From Felis catus (taxonomy: Eukaryota), in NCBI RefSeq assembly GCF_018350175.1, contig NC_058368.1, positions 105,712,001 through 105,776,000 of the forward strand: DNA of 64,000 nucleotides, written 5' to 3'. The position numbers were made by a program, and so were the translations under genes. Shown here piece after piece: positions 25,854-38,780 of this stretch. The notes under the pieces are model-generated. The model was not told the DNA's origin. It did no database searches and saw only the letters and a program-made list of their open reading frames with translations. The first letter of the stretch is position 1. The number at the start of each line of letters is the position of its first letter.

Positions 25854-26869
25854 ATCTGGCCTCATTTTAATTTTAAAATGTAGTTTTAACTTTTATCAAA
25901 ATTATGCATATTCTTACTTTAAAGAGTCAAGTAGTGCCACGAAACATGTTTAGGGTATAAATGCTCACTGAACCTCCCTGTTTCCAGTAGCGTGCCCCTG
26001 TGCTCAACTGTGTTCAGCAGTTATGCTGGAAGCAACTTTTCTTCTGGTGAATATCAGGTAGTAGGTTTACATGTTTTTATAAATGTTCAATAATCTTTGG
26101 CTGGTGCCCTTCCTCATGAGTGTCAAAATCCATTATAAGCATATGATATTTAATACAGACTTACACATCTATCTGTACATATGTCTTCAACTCAAGATCA
26201 AATGAATATATTCAATAATGAAATTCAGTGCCATAAGGGCTGAAAAATATTTTTTTCCTAATCATAATCATCAAAACTTGGTTTTAAGTCATCAGTGATT
26301 AGGTGTAACCATTATTATGTATAATGATGAAGTGACAGCATTCGCTTTATAAAAATGGACTCAGTGCTCTATGAGAAAATCTAAATTCTTCACAAATTCT
26401 CGAATAGATGAACTAGGTACCTGAGTTTTTATAAATCTTCTCTTATAAATTACATAAAGAAACACCTATGTTTGGATAGGTTGTAGCAACTAGTTGTTTC
26501 CTTGTAAGTCAAAGTTTTCTAAACCTGTAACAGTTCATTTTCTTAAGTTACTGCCTTGTTAACTCTGAAGTCCCTTTCTTAGTGGAAAAAAAACTGCACG
26601 ATTTAGATATATGCAGAAATACAAGACAATAATGGAGTATATATCTATTCATTTGGGAACAGAATGATTTAAATACTAAGTTCTGCCACTAAAAAGTTTG
26701 TTATTTTGTAACAGAATTGGGTGGATTCCAATAGCTTTATTTCTCTCTATAAGAAGGAAAGAGAAACTGTAAGATCTGCAGTTTTATTCACTTATTTGTA
26801 TTTCAATTTCTCTTATAATTCATGAAATGAAACTATACAAAAAGTTCTCGTATAAATACAGCAACTTAC

Positions 26870-26995
26870 CAATACAGTTTCTTCCAGACGCATCTGGCTC
26901 GTAGCCACTGTTGCAATTACAACGGTAACTACCACGTAAATTTTCACAAATTCCATTGGCACATATATCGGGATCCAAAGCACATTCATTGATAT
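26870..26995 (-). CDS. FBN2: FBN2 exon 18, cbEGF7 (126 nt)
   Basis: (D)[41 protein letters not shown]; cag| and |gtaagt. Confidence 0.97.
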
Positions 26996-28650
26996 CTGCA
27001 TTAAATGTTGAAAGTTTAATGCTCACAGATATTGCATTGTTTGTTGACATATGTAGGCCTAATAAAGATCACTCAACATATAAAGTGTTTAACTCCGCAA
27101 ACCCACAATTTGCCTCGCTTTCACAAGGGGAAAGAAAATGAAAATAAGGAATAAGAGACTGAAATTAAGGGATACAGGACAATTCCCTGGTAAGTTAAAA
27201 GAAAAATGAAGGGAACTGGCAGAAATTCAAAGGACTAAACCACGTAATGTGCCTGCATTTATGATAAAATTAATAAAGAAATTTACAGGCTGTTGGCTTA
27301 AAATCCAAAGGAAAACTTAACTCGATAGGTATTATAACCATCTAATTAAAGGACAGCCATTTATTAGGGTGACTTATATAATTTTATGGTCCCCAAAGGC
27401 ATGGAATATTTCTATTTTATTATCATTTTTTTTACAATCAACTAAGTAATATGATACTTAATAAATGTTTCTCATTGTTGACAAGTTGAAATTAATGGAG
27501 AGGACAGTTCAAATATGGATGCTTGAGAACCCAATGTTTTATAAGAAGCCATCAACAGTGAGTACCCTGTTGGCCGTGGGCAAGACTTGAAGAATGACGT
27601 GCTCGTCTGAGCAACCCAGTACTTGGAACAAGTGGCTGGCTCTGTTGCAGAGACCATAGTGAGAGGGGATTAAAAAAATGGACATAGTATCAAATTTTGG
27701 TCATGATGCTCAAATTTTAATCTTAACAATTGTTTTCCAGAATGTGGAAGACCTTAACATAACCCAGAAATGTTAGCTTTTTCATTTTATTTTTGGGACA
27801 AACATCCTTATACAAGTTGGTTTCTTTACTGTGGTTTCTGGTGTTCATGGCAAAGATGCAGTATTACTGTCAACTGATCTAAAATGTGTCTAAAATCTTC
27901 TCAAACACAAAAGGAGAAGAAATACACACATACATACACACACACATACATACATATATACAGTGAAAATTAACAATACCCTACAGTTTTCTTAAAAAAA
28001 AAAAAACATAAGAAACTGTATGTGTATACTATACATGTATAAAAGAACTTTAAAGTTATAAACAAATTTATTTAATATTCAATGTTTCATGGTGGCATTT
28101 TGTTAATCATATTGCTGTTTAAAACAAGAAAATATGAATGAATTTCACTTATTTAAATTTAGAAAGTTTCAGTATTCTTAGGCACAAATAATCTTCATTT
28201 TTAGGGTAGTAAATCCCAAACTTGATCCCATACTTGATAAGAGATATCAAGTATCTCTTAAGGATTTTTTAAAATCATGTCAGCACCACTATTTAATATT
28301 TTCTCTTTAAACGGACTCACTTTTTCTAAACCTAAATACCAACTTTAGCCTCTTCTTAAGCAATGGTACCCACAAAATTACAGGTCTAGTTTGCTAGAGA
28401 CATTTTCAACATGTATTTAAAAGTTAAATATTTATCTACTATGAATGTGACATCTACATACATTTAATATATCTAGCTTATAACCACTATTCTAGGAGAT
28501 AATTTATCTTACTTTTTTACACTGAGTTTTTTACACTGATAATTTGTTTTATTATTTTACACTGATGTCTTATGAAATACTCTCACAACTCATAATCATA
28601 AAGCTACTAATTTCATAATTACTGTAAGACTGAATATAGAATAGAGTTAC

Positions 28651-28704
28651 CTCTTCCATCCACAGTGATACCTACTCCACTACTACAAAGACCATGGAAT
28701 TCAG
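28651..28704 (-). CDS. FBN2: FBN2 exon 17, TB2 C-terminal part (54 nt)
   Basis: (A)EFHGLCSSGVGITVDGR; cag| and |gtaact; too short for the ORF track. Confidence 0.94.
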
Positions 28705-29159
28705 CTGGAAGATAAAAAAATACAGAAATGAAAAACTCTAAACACTATCTCTCTGTATACAAGTCACTTACATCACTCCAAAACTACCATGAAGAAAAAA
28801 TCACTGGTAATAATTTTTAAAATGAAAAAAATAGTTACTATTTTCCAGCACATAATTACTTTGACAATTCCAAAATCATGGATGAGCATAAAAAAATAAA
28901 ACTCACTTGTGATTATCACCCTGAATATAGTTAATATAACGATAAATGTTACAAATATTTTCCACATTTGGAAACTTAAAAAAAAAATCCAAAATGGATT
29001 GTAGAGAATGCTTTTTAACTTTTTTTCTCTCAGTAACAAAATAATTATAGACAATACTTATATAACAGCACTACTTACATACCAGCATTTACCATGTGCC
29101 TGGTATTCCAGCATTTTCTAATAGTTTATTTAATTCTCCCAATATTACAAATGAAACAG

Positions 29160-29612
29160 ACATTTTATTTAAGTGTGGTTAACACACGATGTTACATTAG
29201 TTTCAGCCGTAATACATTGTGACTGGACAATCTGATACGTTATGCCATGCTCCTTACAAGCGTACCTACCGTTTGTCACATCACCGTTACAGTACTGCTG
29301 ACTGTATTCCCTTTGCTGTACCTTTTATCCCCGTGACTTACTCATTCCAAAGTTGGAAGCCTATACCATCCATTCCCCTTCACCCATGTGGCCTAACCCT
29401 TCACTCCCTCACAACCATTAGTGTCTGCTCTGTGTTTACAGGTCACTTTCTGCTTCTGTTTGTTTATTTGCTCTGAGTTTTAGATTCCACATTTAAGTGA
29501 AATCATATGGTATCTGTCTTTCTCTGACTTCTTTCACTTAGCATAACATCCCTAAGTCCATCTTAGTTGTTGCAAATGGCAAGTTCTCATTCTCTTTTAC
29601 AGCTGAGTAATA
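29160..29612 (-). mobile_element. LINE-1 3' end fragment
   Basis: tttagattccacatttaagtgaaatcatatggtatctgtctttctctgacttctttcacttagcataa...gttgttgcaaatggcaag. Confidence 0.85.
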
Positions 29613-30856
29613 ATCACAAACTAGATACCATTGCTGTCCTCTGACACCTGAGAACACTCAGGCAGACATGTGAAGTGACTCCCCAGATCACAGAGGCTGT
29701 AAGGTGGGGAGCAGGCTTGGATTCTCAGCACTGTGTCACAGACATTCCATGTTCATATCCCACTTAATAGACTATTTACTGTTTTTACTCAGTTATGTGG
29801 ATGCACCACATTTATTCAGTCTCATAATGATGAAATCAGGTTTGTCCAACTTTCAGCAATTATAAATAATAGGAAATTCAATTATATCAGTACGTTAATC
29901 TCTTGGAAGTCAAACTGCTCAGCATTTATGACTCTTTTTAAGGCTTCTGATACTCCTCCTCTCCCTACATATCCCAGGCTAGCCTTCCATCAGCAGAAGA
30001 GAGTACCCATATGGAAAAAAGCAATCATCAACACTTTACCAAGCTAATGAACAAAAACGACGTCTTATTTTAATTTTCATTTTAGCACATCCTTTCATGT
30101 GGCTATTTGCTTTTGCATTTTGTGAAATCTTGTTTGCATACACTGCACTTTTTTCTACGGAGGATTTCACCAATTCGTGTAAATTCCTTGTAAATTAAGC
30201 AATATATTTTTCCAATTTACATGTGTATTTTAGGCTTTGGTTTCTGTTCTTGCTAGTCCTTTACTATCACAAGATTACAAATAGTTTATATATTCTATAA
30301 GAAAGTTATTTTGTAAGGTTTAATGCAGGGAGCTAACTTCATACTTCTTCTATTATTTTTCAACAATATTCATTACTTAGTTCAATCTTTCCTCACCAAT
30401 CTAACCGTTATCTTTACTGTATCCTACATTCCTATTTATAGTCACAACTGTTTCTAGATGCCAGATTTTATTAGCTCACTCACCTTTTCATCTAGCCTTG
30501 TTACCAATTTTTGTACATCTTTCATAGTATGCATAATTGACTTAAACACTTTTAGGGCAAGATGTCCTACCTTAACTCTTCTTTTTAAAAAAATGTCCTG
30601 CTCAGTTCATTCCAGAGGAAGGCTAATGCTTTGCTGAGATTTGAACAATCCCTTGAAGATTTTCAACACAATTACAAGCCATTTCCCTTGGCTGGAATGC
30701 ATTTCTTCCATCTCCTACCTGCAATGTTCTTACTCCTTTTTTCAAGATGAAACTAAGCAGATACCCACCCCCAGCCCTGTGAAGTCCTTCCCAGCTTCTC
30801 CAGACCACTTACTTCTCCTTCCTGTGTGCTCTCCCAGTTCCCTGTTTATGTCCTGC

Positions 30857-31056
30857 TTTTTAAAAAATGTTTATTTATTTTGAAAGAGAGAGAGAGAAAG
30901 AGAGGGAGAGGGAGAGAGAGAGAGAGGCAATCCCAAGCCAGTTCCACCCTGTCAGCTCAGAGCCCGATGCGGGGCTCAATCTCATGAAACCAAGATCAAG
31001 CCCTGAGCCAAAATCAAGAGCTGGACACTTAACCGAGTGAGCCACACGGGTGTCCC
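30857..31056 (-). mobile_element. CanSINE
   Basis: (GA)n tract and reverse head; short TSD tatgtcc. Confidence 0.9.
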
Positions 31057-31711
31057 TATGTCCCTCGCAAGGCATCAATCACACTAAACTGTAGTTTATA
31101 CATTTGCCTGACTACACTCTCAACTATTCTCAACTTTAAAGAAAAAAAGAGGTTGTGTTTATTTTTAGTCCCTACTATACTTACATAAATTCAGTACAGA
31201 TTATGTAAAAATATTAATAAACAAGAGTCAGAGAAAGAATTAGGCCATGTAATGTGACTCTATCTGTGAAAAAATTAGTAAATGATTATTACTCACTTAG
31301 ATTACAGCCTAAGACCATGCTGTGGCTAGATTAAAAATAAAATCAGGCTCTCGTGAATTCACTATAACCTTGAAAGTGACAAGTGGATTTTATGCTGTTC
31401 ATCTTCACAGTGATATTAAATAACAAAAACACTGAGGAGTAAGGTATCCATATAATAAATATGTTATAACATCCATAATTGGGTCAACAAGTACATTCCT
31501 CTACCCCCTGTGTGTACTCTCTGTGCGGGGATCATAGATAATAATACAGGACACATTTCCTCATTCTATGCCTCACATACCAACAAAGACTTGGAGGTCT
31601 TCAACTGAAAATAGCGACAGAACACTTGAGAGCTGATGTACTCTTTGGCCAAATATCTAACGCTACCTTTCTAGATTCTTTATCAGACGTGACACAGGCA
31701 AACAGGACTAC

Positions 31712-31864
31712 CTGAGTTTTTCGCAGGGCAGGGTTGGCAGGGCTCTCCAAAACCGTAGTCTGGATTGGCACAGCAGCATTCTGACTTGGTCACCGCACCG
31801 GGGAAAGGACGGACACAAGCTCCCTTCTTGATCCCGCCGTAGCACGTACTGCGCATGTGAGTAT
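31712..31864 (-). CDS. FBN2: FBN2 exon 16, TB2 N-terminal part (153 nt)
   Basis: (D)[50 protein letters not shown]; cag| and |gtagtc. Confidence 0.96.
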
Positions 31865-32419
31865 CTGCAGGAGGAAGCAGAGTGACAACTGGAGATGGTG
31901 AAAGAAAGATTTCAAAACTGAGGGTTTCTATGAACCTAAGGGGCTACCGGATGGGAAGCCTTTAAAGGGCATTTGCCTCTTTTCTTTTTCTTTGTATCTT
32001 TAGCATTTAACGGTGCTCAGAAATGAATAAACGCATGCTTGAAATGTCAACAATTCTTTTTTTTTTTTTTCTACACAAAGTTTTACGCACCATGCAAGCA
32101 TTCATTATCACACTTGAGCCCACAGGCCTTTCGTGGAAGCAGGAATAATGCCATCATTTATAAACATGACTTTGAGCTCTAATCACTGGCTATGCAATCC
32201 TCAAAATGGCACGTGCTATTTCTATTTTGGAAGTGCTTAGGAACAATGAAGTGCCTGGCTGTGAAATTTCTTACTTCAACTTTCTGAGTTAGGAGGCCTT
32301 TCTTGTCAACCCCCAGTTTACTACTGTGACTATGTTTTAATCTCAGACTCCTAAAAAACCCAGTTATTAAAAAAAAAATGGCCACTGCCATGTGTCCTCA
32401 GTATTGGGTTTGTTGCTTT

Positions 32420-32610
32420 GCAGACATGATCTCACTGAACATTCTGATCGACAACTCCACAGGACAGCGATCATTATCCACGTTTTATACTGAGGAAGGC
32501 AAGGTTCTGAAGGATTACTTGAGTAGCTCCAAGTCCTACACCACCCACTGCTCATGCTGGAATTCACACTCAGGCTGCGCGACTTCCAAAGTCCTTCCTC
32601 TTTCCTCTAC
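32420..32610 (-). mobile_element. MIR remnant
   Basis: cattatccacgttttatactgaggaaggcaaggttctgaagg...ctggaattcacactcaggctg resembles reverse MIR. Confidence 0.6.
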
Positions 32611-35393
32611 ATCATGCTGTGTCCCAAAGAAGCATACCCAGCTTACGCCCTCACTCTGACGCCTCATACAATATGCTACCGTTTTGTAAGACGCTCAATG
32701 GTGAACTATAAAAAAACTCAGCTCACCAGAGAGGCCAGAGAAGCTGTATATTGTGTAAACCAGACACTGGCATAGTTATTCCCAACTTGTTGGAAATAGT
32801 TTTATCTGCTTCTTATAGCACAAAGTAACCTGAGTCACCTGCTGCTTATGATCTGGTGATGTTTCTCATTAAAATGATAAGCTTTATGGCTGCACTAGAC
32901 AATGAGATGGGTGAACACTCACATGGAAGAAGACATGAGATTCACCACAACAACCCTACAGACAAGACAAGCTGCCCCTTCTGCTTCTGATGAGATGGGG
33001 TCTGGCAAAGCCAGCTCAGAGTGACATAACAGAGCAAGGCTCCATTCCAAGACAAGTATGCACAAATACAACATAGTGCATAATTTCCAATAGGATTTTG
33101 TGAGTTGAACACGATTTTTGTGATAATGACATCTGTTATCTCAGAAGGCATCACAGAATGGTCAATTTCATTACTGTTTTCATGTTGAGAATATAATCCT
33201 TTCACAATTTCTAGAAGGAAGTCGATAAAAAGCCTATGGTACGTGCAGGAAGAGTCAGACACATTATGTAGTGGCCTGGGTTACAGATTAACGCAGTTGT
33301 ATAGAATACCCAATACCAGAAGGTCCATGAAAAGGAAAGTAACATAATATATGTGTAGGTTTTAGGGACACGAACTGTCTTAGGGTCTGGTCCCTATGGG
33401 AAAGAGCTTACTTAAAATACTTAACACACCCATCGCCCATTAAATAAGGATAGAGTTTATATAATAAATGAGACTTGTTTGTTAAGCAGTAGGCACAGTG
33501 TGTAAGACACACAGGAAATACTCAAAGAATATGGTGACTTCCTTATTTCTCTCTTCTATTTTTAATCAGGACAGTCAACCTTTCCCTGTTAAAGGTTTCA
33601 GACCAGAACCATAGTACATATACTCTTCACATATCACTGAGACACTGCTTACAGGTGGACAGGGTAAGAGGCATCAGGACCAGCAGCACCATCAGATGTG
33701 CTCATATCAGATGTGCTCATAGACATGTTCTGGAGAGGGATTGGAACTGAATGCTCCTGACCTGTATCTTTTCCATGTTATCAATTTTCTCCATGACTTA
33801 TCTTACTTAAAAAGTGGAATTTTTAAACAAGTTGCTCAGATTCTACACACCAGTGGTAAAGTACGGATGCAAAATGCTCATTCTATTTTATGCTTCTTTT
33901 TTTTACTGTCAGCTTTTCTTTATTGCTTAAAGCAGCAACTCTAAGACAATACCCTAGGTGTGATGCCATGATTCTAACAGAACAAGAATAACTAATAGCT
34001 AACTTGCTGGGGATGTGTTAGATTCCAGACACCATTCAAAGCTTTACACAAAAAATCTCATATTATTTTATTTAATTTTCAAAAAACTAATGAGAAAAAG
34101 AGGCAGAGAGAGATGATGCATCCTACCTATGGCCAAAGAGCTAGTAAGGAATACAACTAGGATAAAGAAAATTAACTGATGTTGAAATACTCTTAAGCTC
34201 ATGTAGGAGGATGTTGAAAAGGAAATGGAAGCCAAAATCCCAATTTATATCATAATATAAATATCAAATAACAAGGTGAATTCTGAGACTACACCCTGAA
34301 GGAAGTGGACATGGAGAATAGTTGCCAGGTCACGAAAACCCTCCCAATTATTGAAGCCACAGTTTTAAAGAGCAGCAATTAAGAAGAGTATTTTTTGAGG
34401 ATGAGTGTTTTGCAAGAGCTGGATTATGAGCTGGGGGACTACCATCCTCACCACTGGTCCAAAGAGAAGAACTTCACAGGGAGCAGGGGGAGAGTTTCAT
34501 GCCTGCCTCTGCCTGGCATACCTAGAGGCAAAAGTGAGTGGCTGCTCTTTTATGGGAGGGACAATGGAGGGAGGTGAGTGAGATCCACCTCCATAATGAG
34601 GTTAACACGGCAAAAGGATGGCAGGTCATACGGACTAGACGTGGGCCACGTTAAGAGGTGTCCTAACACAACGACATGGAGAGGTGATGAGACACCCTCA
34701 GACAGAGCCTATCTGAAACAGACTGCTCAAAGACCAGAAGGCAAATGAGTAAAGCCCCCAGGAAGAAAATGCAGTGTCCGCCTCTCAGTAAGGGCAGCCA
34801 AATGCCTCTGAAGGAACTATGAAATCAAGGGGTGGCTTTAAACATCTGGGAAGCTGAGAAACTTTGAAGCAATCCTGAACCGGTCACCAGTGCTCCTGTT
34901 TCTTCCCTTCTCCTGCACTTTGACCCTTGTAGAGTCAGAAAGCTTCTTGATGATGAAGGTCTGAGCTTGCAAGGGAAACTGTAACTTCAAGTTCAGAATA
35001 TTATCTCTGGGCATTCTAATTTCTATACTTAACATTGTTTTCATTACCTAAAGTAGTCACATGAAGTTTTGCTATTTATGAATAGTAAAGTTATAGGGTT
35101 GCCTGAGTTCTCTTCCTTACTTACTGGGTGAGTGGTTTCTACTGAATAAATTTAAAGATACTTTTTAAAGGGATCCAAGAGACCAAAATATAGTTGTCTT
35201 TTGTTTATGTCCTGTCTGTGAGCCATGCTTCTTCAACATACCAATTACAATAATAGTTTAATTTTTTGAAAATAAAAACCCACGTCTCAATGTCTAAGAA
35301 AACAAACTGAAGAAAAATATATAATTGATAATAAGTAATTAATAAGAATTAATAGTAGTGATTCATTCCTAACTTCAACAATCAATGCATCTT

Positions 35394-35617
35394 GGGGCGC
35401 CTGGGTGGCGCAGTCGGTTAAGCGTCCGACTTCAGCCAGGTCACAATCTCACGGTCCGGGAGTTCGAGCCCCGCGTCAGGCTCTGGGCTGATGGCTCAGA
35501 GCCTGGAGCCTGCTTCTGATTCTGTGTCTCCCTCTCTCTCTGCCCCTCCCCCGTTCATGCTCTGTCTCTCTCTGTCCCAAAAATAAATAAACGTTGAAAA
35601 AAAAATTAAAAAAAAAA
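35394..35617 (+). mobile_element. CanSINE, young felid subfamily
   Basis: 17-bp TSD caacaatcaatgcatct (35376-35392, 35618-35634). Confidence 0.96.
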
Positions 35618-36924
35618 CAACAATCAATGCATCTCAAAAGCATCACTAAAGGCAGAAGAGACCAAGAAAGAAGGTCTAGCAGGTGACAGGGACGGCAATA
35701 TATAATTTTATACCCAGAACAAATGGTGTTTTTATTTTAAAAAGTTTAAACGACCACAGTTGTGAAAACCTGGAGGCTGTGCAACAATGTCTGATGCCTT
35801 TTCTGTATGTGGCAAAGATACATGATGATTTGTATTTGGACACTGAATTCCTCATTGCTACTTATATGTTGGTTGCTTAAAGGAAAAATAGTATCTTCCT
35901 CCAAAACTGGTTTTGTACTCATCATACATTTCAACAGAATCATTCGGGTAAAGGAAAAGGGCAACTAAGTATATTAAAGCAACTGAAAATATTTTAGCTT
36001 CCTGAAGCAAGAAGGAGCTACATTCTTCTGGCTGCTGTATTTAAAATATCCCTGAGTGAAGTGCTGACAATCTTGTAAGCTGAAATAAATCCTAAATTGG
36101 AGACAGTAGATGAACTTAAGTGGACAGATTATTTCCATCTGCTGTTGCTTCTTTTCTCCCCTACTTTTCGGGATTCAAAGGTTTGATTCCCATAGGGAAG
36201 AATAAAGTATTATCACCTATGTCTAAGAAAGAATTTCATTTCTGTCATCTACACTCCTAAACCAATAAGGGTGTCTGCTTTCTACAGAGTCACCTGAGAA
36301 ACAGCAGGTGCACAATGGCTAATGCCCCCTAGGGGTCTCAGGAAAGCCTGCTGGAGAGAAAACCACATTAAGTGTATTTTTACAATGACCTCACTCTGCT
36401 ATTGTTATCTTTAGGACATATGGTTGAAATGCCATATGGTCTGAAATGCCAATGACATTTTTGATTTGCCTGCCTCTTTAAAACTGATGCCTGTAACTCT
36501 GATTTGCATGGAACCCATTTGGCAAAAGTACCCCTTTAAAAACCAAAGTAATTTGGCATGGTTTAGAATAAAATAGCTATTCTCTCTCATATTCTGCCCT
36601 TGTTTCTATAGTTAGCTGCATAGCGATGAGGAATAACTATGTAAAAATATTTCTACCTTTTGACAGAAGTCCCAAGTTCTAAGGGAGAAGTTATTTACAT
36701 TTTAAATTGTGTTTGAGCTTATTTAAATATATTAAATAAACAGGGCTTATTTAAATATAACCATAATCCCCCTTTCATCTTAGTTGTTATGAATTACAAC
36801 ATCTAAATCCACTGTACTTAAAGAGTCAGCTAACATTATCAAGGATTCTGATTTAAGGATGATTTCTTTTTATTTTTTAAGGATGATCTCCTTTTTTCTT
36901 CTCCTGCATTAAAATATATATATA

Positions 36925-37085
36925 TATTTATTTATTTTGAGAGAGACAGACAGACAGTCACGTAGGGCTAGAGAAGGAGAGACAGAATCCCAAGCAGGCC
37001 CCACACTGTCAGCACAGAGCCCAATGGGGGGCTCAATTTCATGAACCATAAGATCATGACTTGAGCCGAAATCAAGAGACAGACA
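36925..37085 (-). mobile_element. 5'-truncated CanSINE
   Basis: Tail and body present, head missing; abuts (TTTTG)n. Confidence 0.82.
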
Positions 37086-37087
37086 GT

Positions 37088-37129
37088 GTTTTGTTTTGTT
37101 TTGTTTTGTCTTGTTTTGTTTTGTTTTTT
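37088..37129. repeat. (TTTTG)n pentanucleotide repeat
   Basis: About 8 units with one interruption. Confidence 0.9.
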
Positions 37130-37184
37130 ACTTGCATCTCATCAGAGCCTTCTTCAAGGAGCTAGGTGGACTCCCTGTACATTT

Positions 37185-37618
37185 TTTAAGCCACTTTACT
37201 GAGGTATAATTCACGTACCTAAGAATTAACCCGTTTAAAGAGTACAATAGTTTTTTTTTTGTTTTGCATAGTCACAGATTATATAGATACAGATATGTAT
37301 ACAGATATAAAGATATATATATAACCATCACTACAACTGATTTTAGAACATTTCACCACCTTAAAAATGCCTTTAGTTACCACCCCCTTATCCTGGCATC
37401 CCCACCCTCTCTGTTCTAAGTAACATGAATCTGCTTTGTCTCTATAGATTTGCTTGCTTCAGACATTTCAAATGAATGGAATCATACACTATCTGGGCTT
37501 TTGTGAGCGGTTCCTTTCACTCAGCATCATGTTTTCAAGGAGCATCCACACTTTCGCATTTAGCAGTACTTCCTACCTTTTTATGGCTGAATACTTTTCC
37601 ACTGTATGGATATATTTT
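37185..37618 (-). mobile_element. Old LINE-1 3' fragment (L1MB/MC-like), about 50 nt from the exon 15 donor
   Basis: gacatttcaaatgaatggaatcatacac...ctttcactcagcatcatgttttcaagg...tttttatggctgaatac. Confidence 0.82.
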
Positions 37619-37666
37619 TGTCCGATTTTCAAAGACCATTTGGACACTGGAGAACAATTCACTTAC

Positions 37667-37789
37667 CAACACACACGCGTCCATCCACGCCCACAGCCAG
37701 ACCTGGGGGACAGTCACAGCGGAAGGACCCTTCATTGTTGATGCAGTGCCCATTCATGCAGATTCCTGGGGTCTGGCATTCGTCAACAT
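37667..37789 (-). CDS. FBN2: FBN2 exon 15, cbEGF6 (123 nt)
   Basis: (D)[40 protein letters not shown]; cag| and |gtaagt. Confidence 0.96.
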
Positions 37790-38138
37790 CTGTCCAGGGG
37801 GAAACACAACTCACGTCATTACTGGGTAAACTTAACCTTATTCCAGAGTATGCCTGTTGTCATCCCTCTAGACTCACAACCTTCTGTTTTCCATTTTATA
37901 ATTTATGGAAGGACACATAGATGTGATAACAAATCTCAGGTCTAAATGCAACTCTTTCAAATGCATTTTCAGAAATACTGACTCAGAGTTGCCTCACTTT
38001 ATCCATTAGGAAAAAAAGAGCCTTACACACTCATTTTTCTTTATTTATATGCCAATTCTGTTAACTATTAAATGATATTTAATTCAAGTTAAGTAAAACA
38101 AATTCTTAAAATTAAAGTAAATGTTTGTAATTATCTTA

Positions 38139-38315
38139 TTTTTTAAAAAGTTTATTTATTTTGAGGGGGGTGGGGAGAGAAGCAGATACAGGGAGAGTGA
38201 GAATCCCAAGCAAGCTCTGTGCTCAGAGTGCAGGGCTCAATCTCATGAACCATGAGATCATGACCTGAGCCGACATCAAGAATCAGATGCTTAACTGACT
38301 GGGCCACCCAGGCAC
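38139..38315 (-). mobile_element. CanSINE (older, internally shortened)
   Basis: catgagatcatgacctgagccg...gatgcttaactgactgggccacccaggcac. Confidence 0.88.
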
Positions 38316-38557
38316 TTTTATTTACACACATATAAAATTCAAACTAAAGAGAGATGCCTTTTTAATATTAACTTGATCAAGTCATAATAACAAAATATGG
38401 AGCATCTCTTAATTTTCAATCTGCTCAAGTTTATCACATGTAACCCAACAATCAATGGCTTCCCTGAAAGATGAAACAGCCTTCAAAACACAGGGTCGCC
38501 AAATCATGAACATTTCAATTTGCAGATGGCACTATCTCTAATAAGAAAATAAATTTA

Positions 38558-38780
38558 GGGGCGCCTGGGTGGCGCAGTCAGTTAAGCATCCGACTTCAGC
38601 CAGGTCACGATCTCGCGGTCCATGAGTTCGAGCCCCGCGTCAGGCTCTGGGCTGATGGCTCAGAGCCTGGAGCCTGTTTCCAATTCTGTGTCTCCCTCTC
38701 TCTCTGCCCCTCCCCCATTCATGCTCTGTCTCTCTCTGTCCCAAAAATAAAAAAATGTTGAAAAAAAATAAAAAAAAAAA
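38558..38780 (+). mobile_element. CanSINE, young felid subfamily
   Basis: 15-bp TSD aagaaaataaattta (38543-38557, 38781-38795). Confidence 0.96.
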
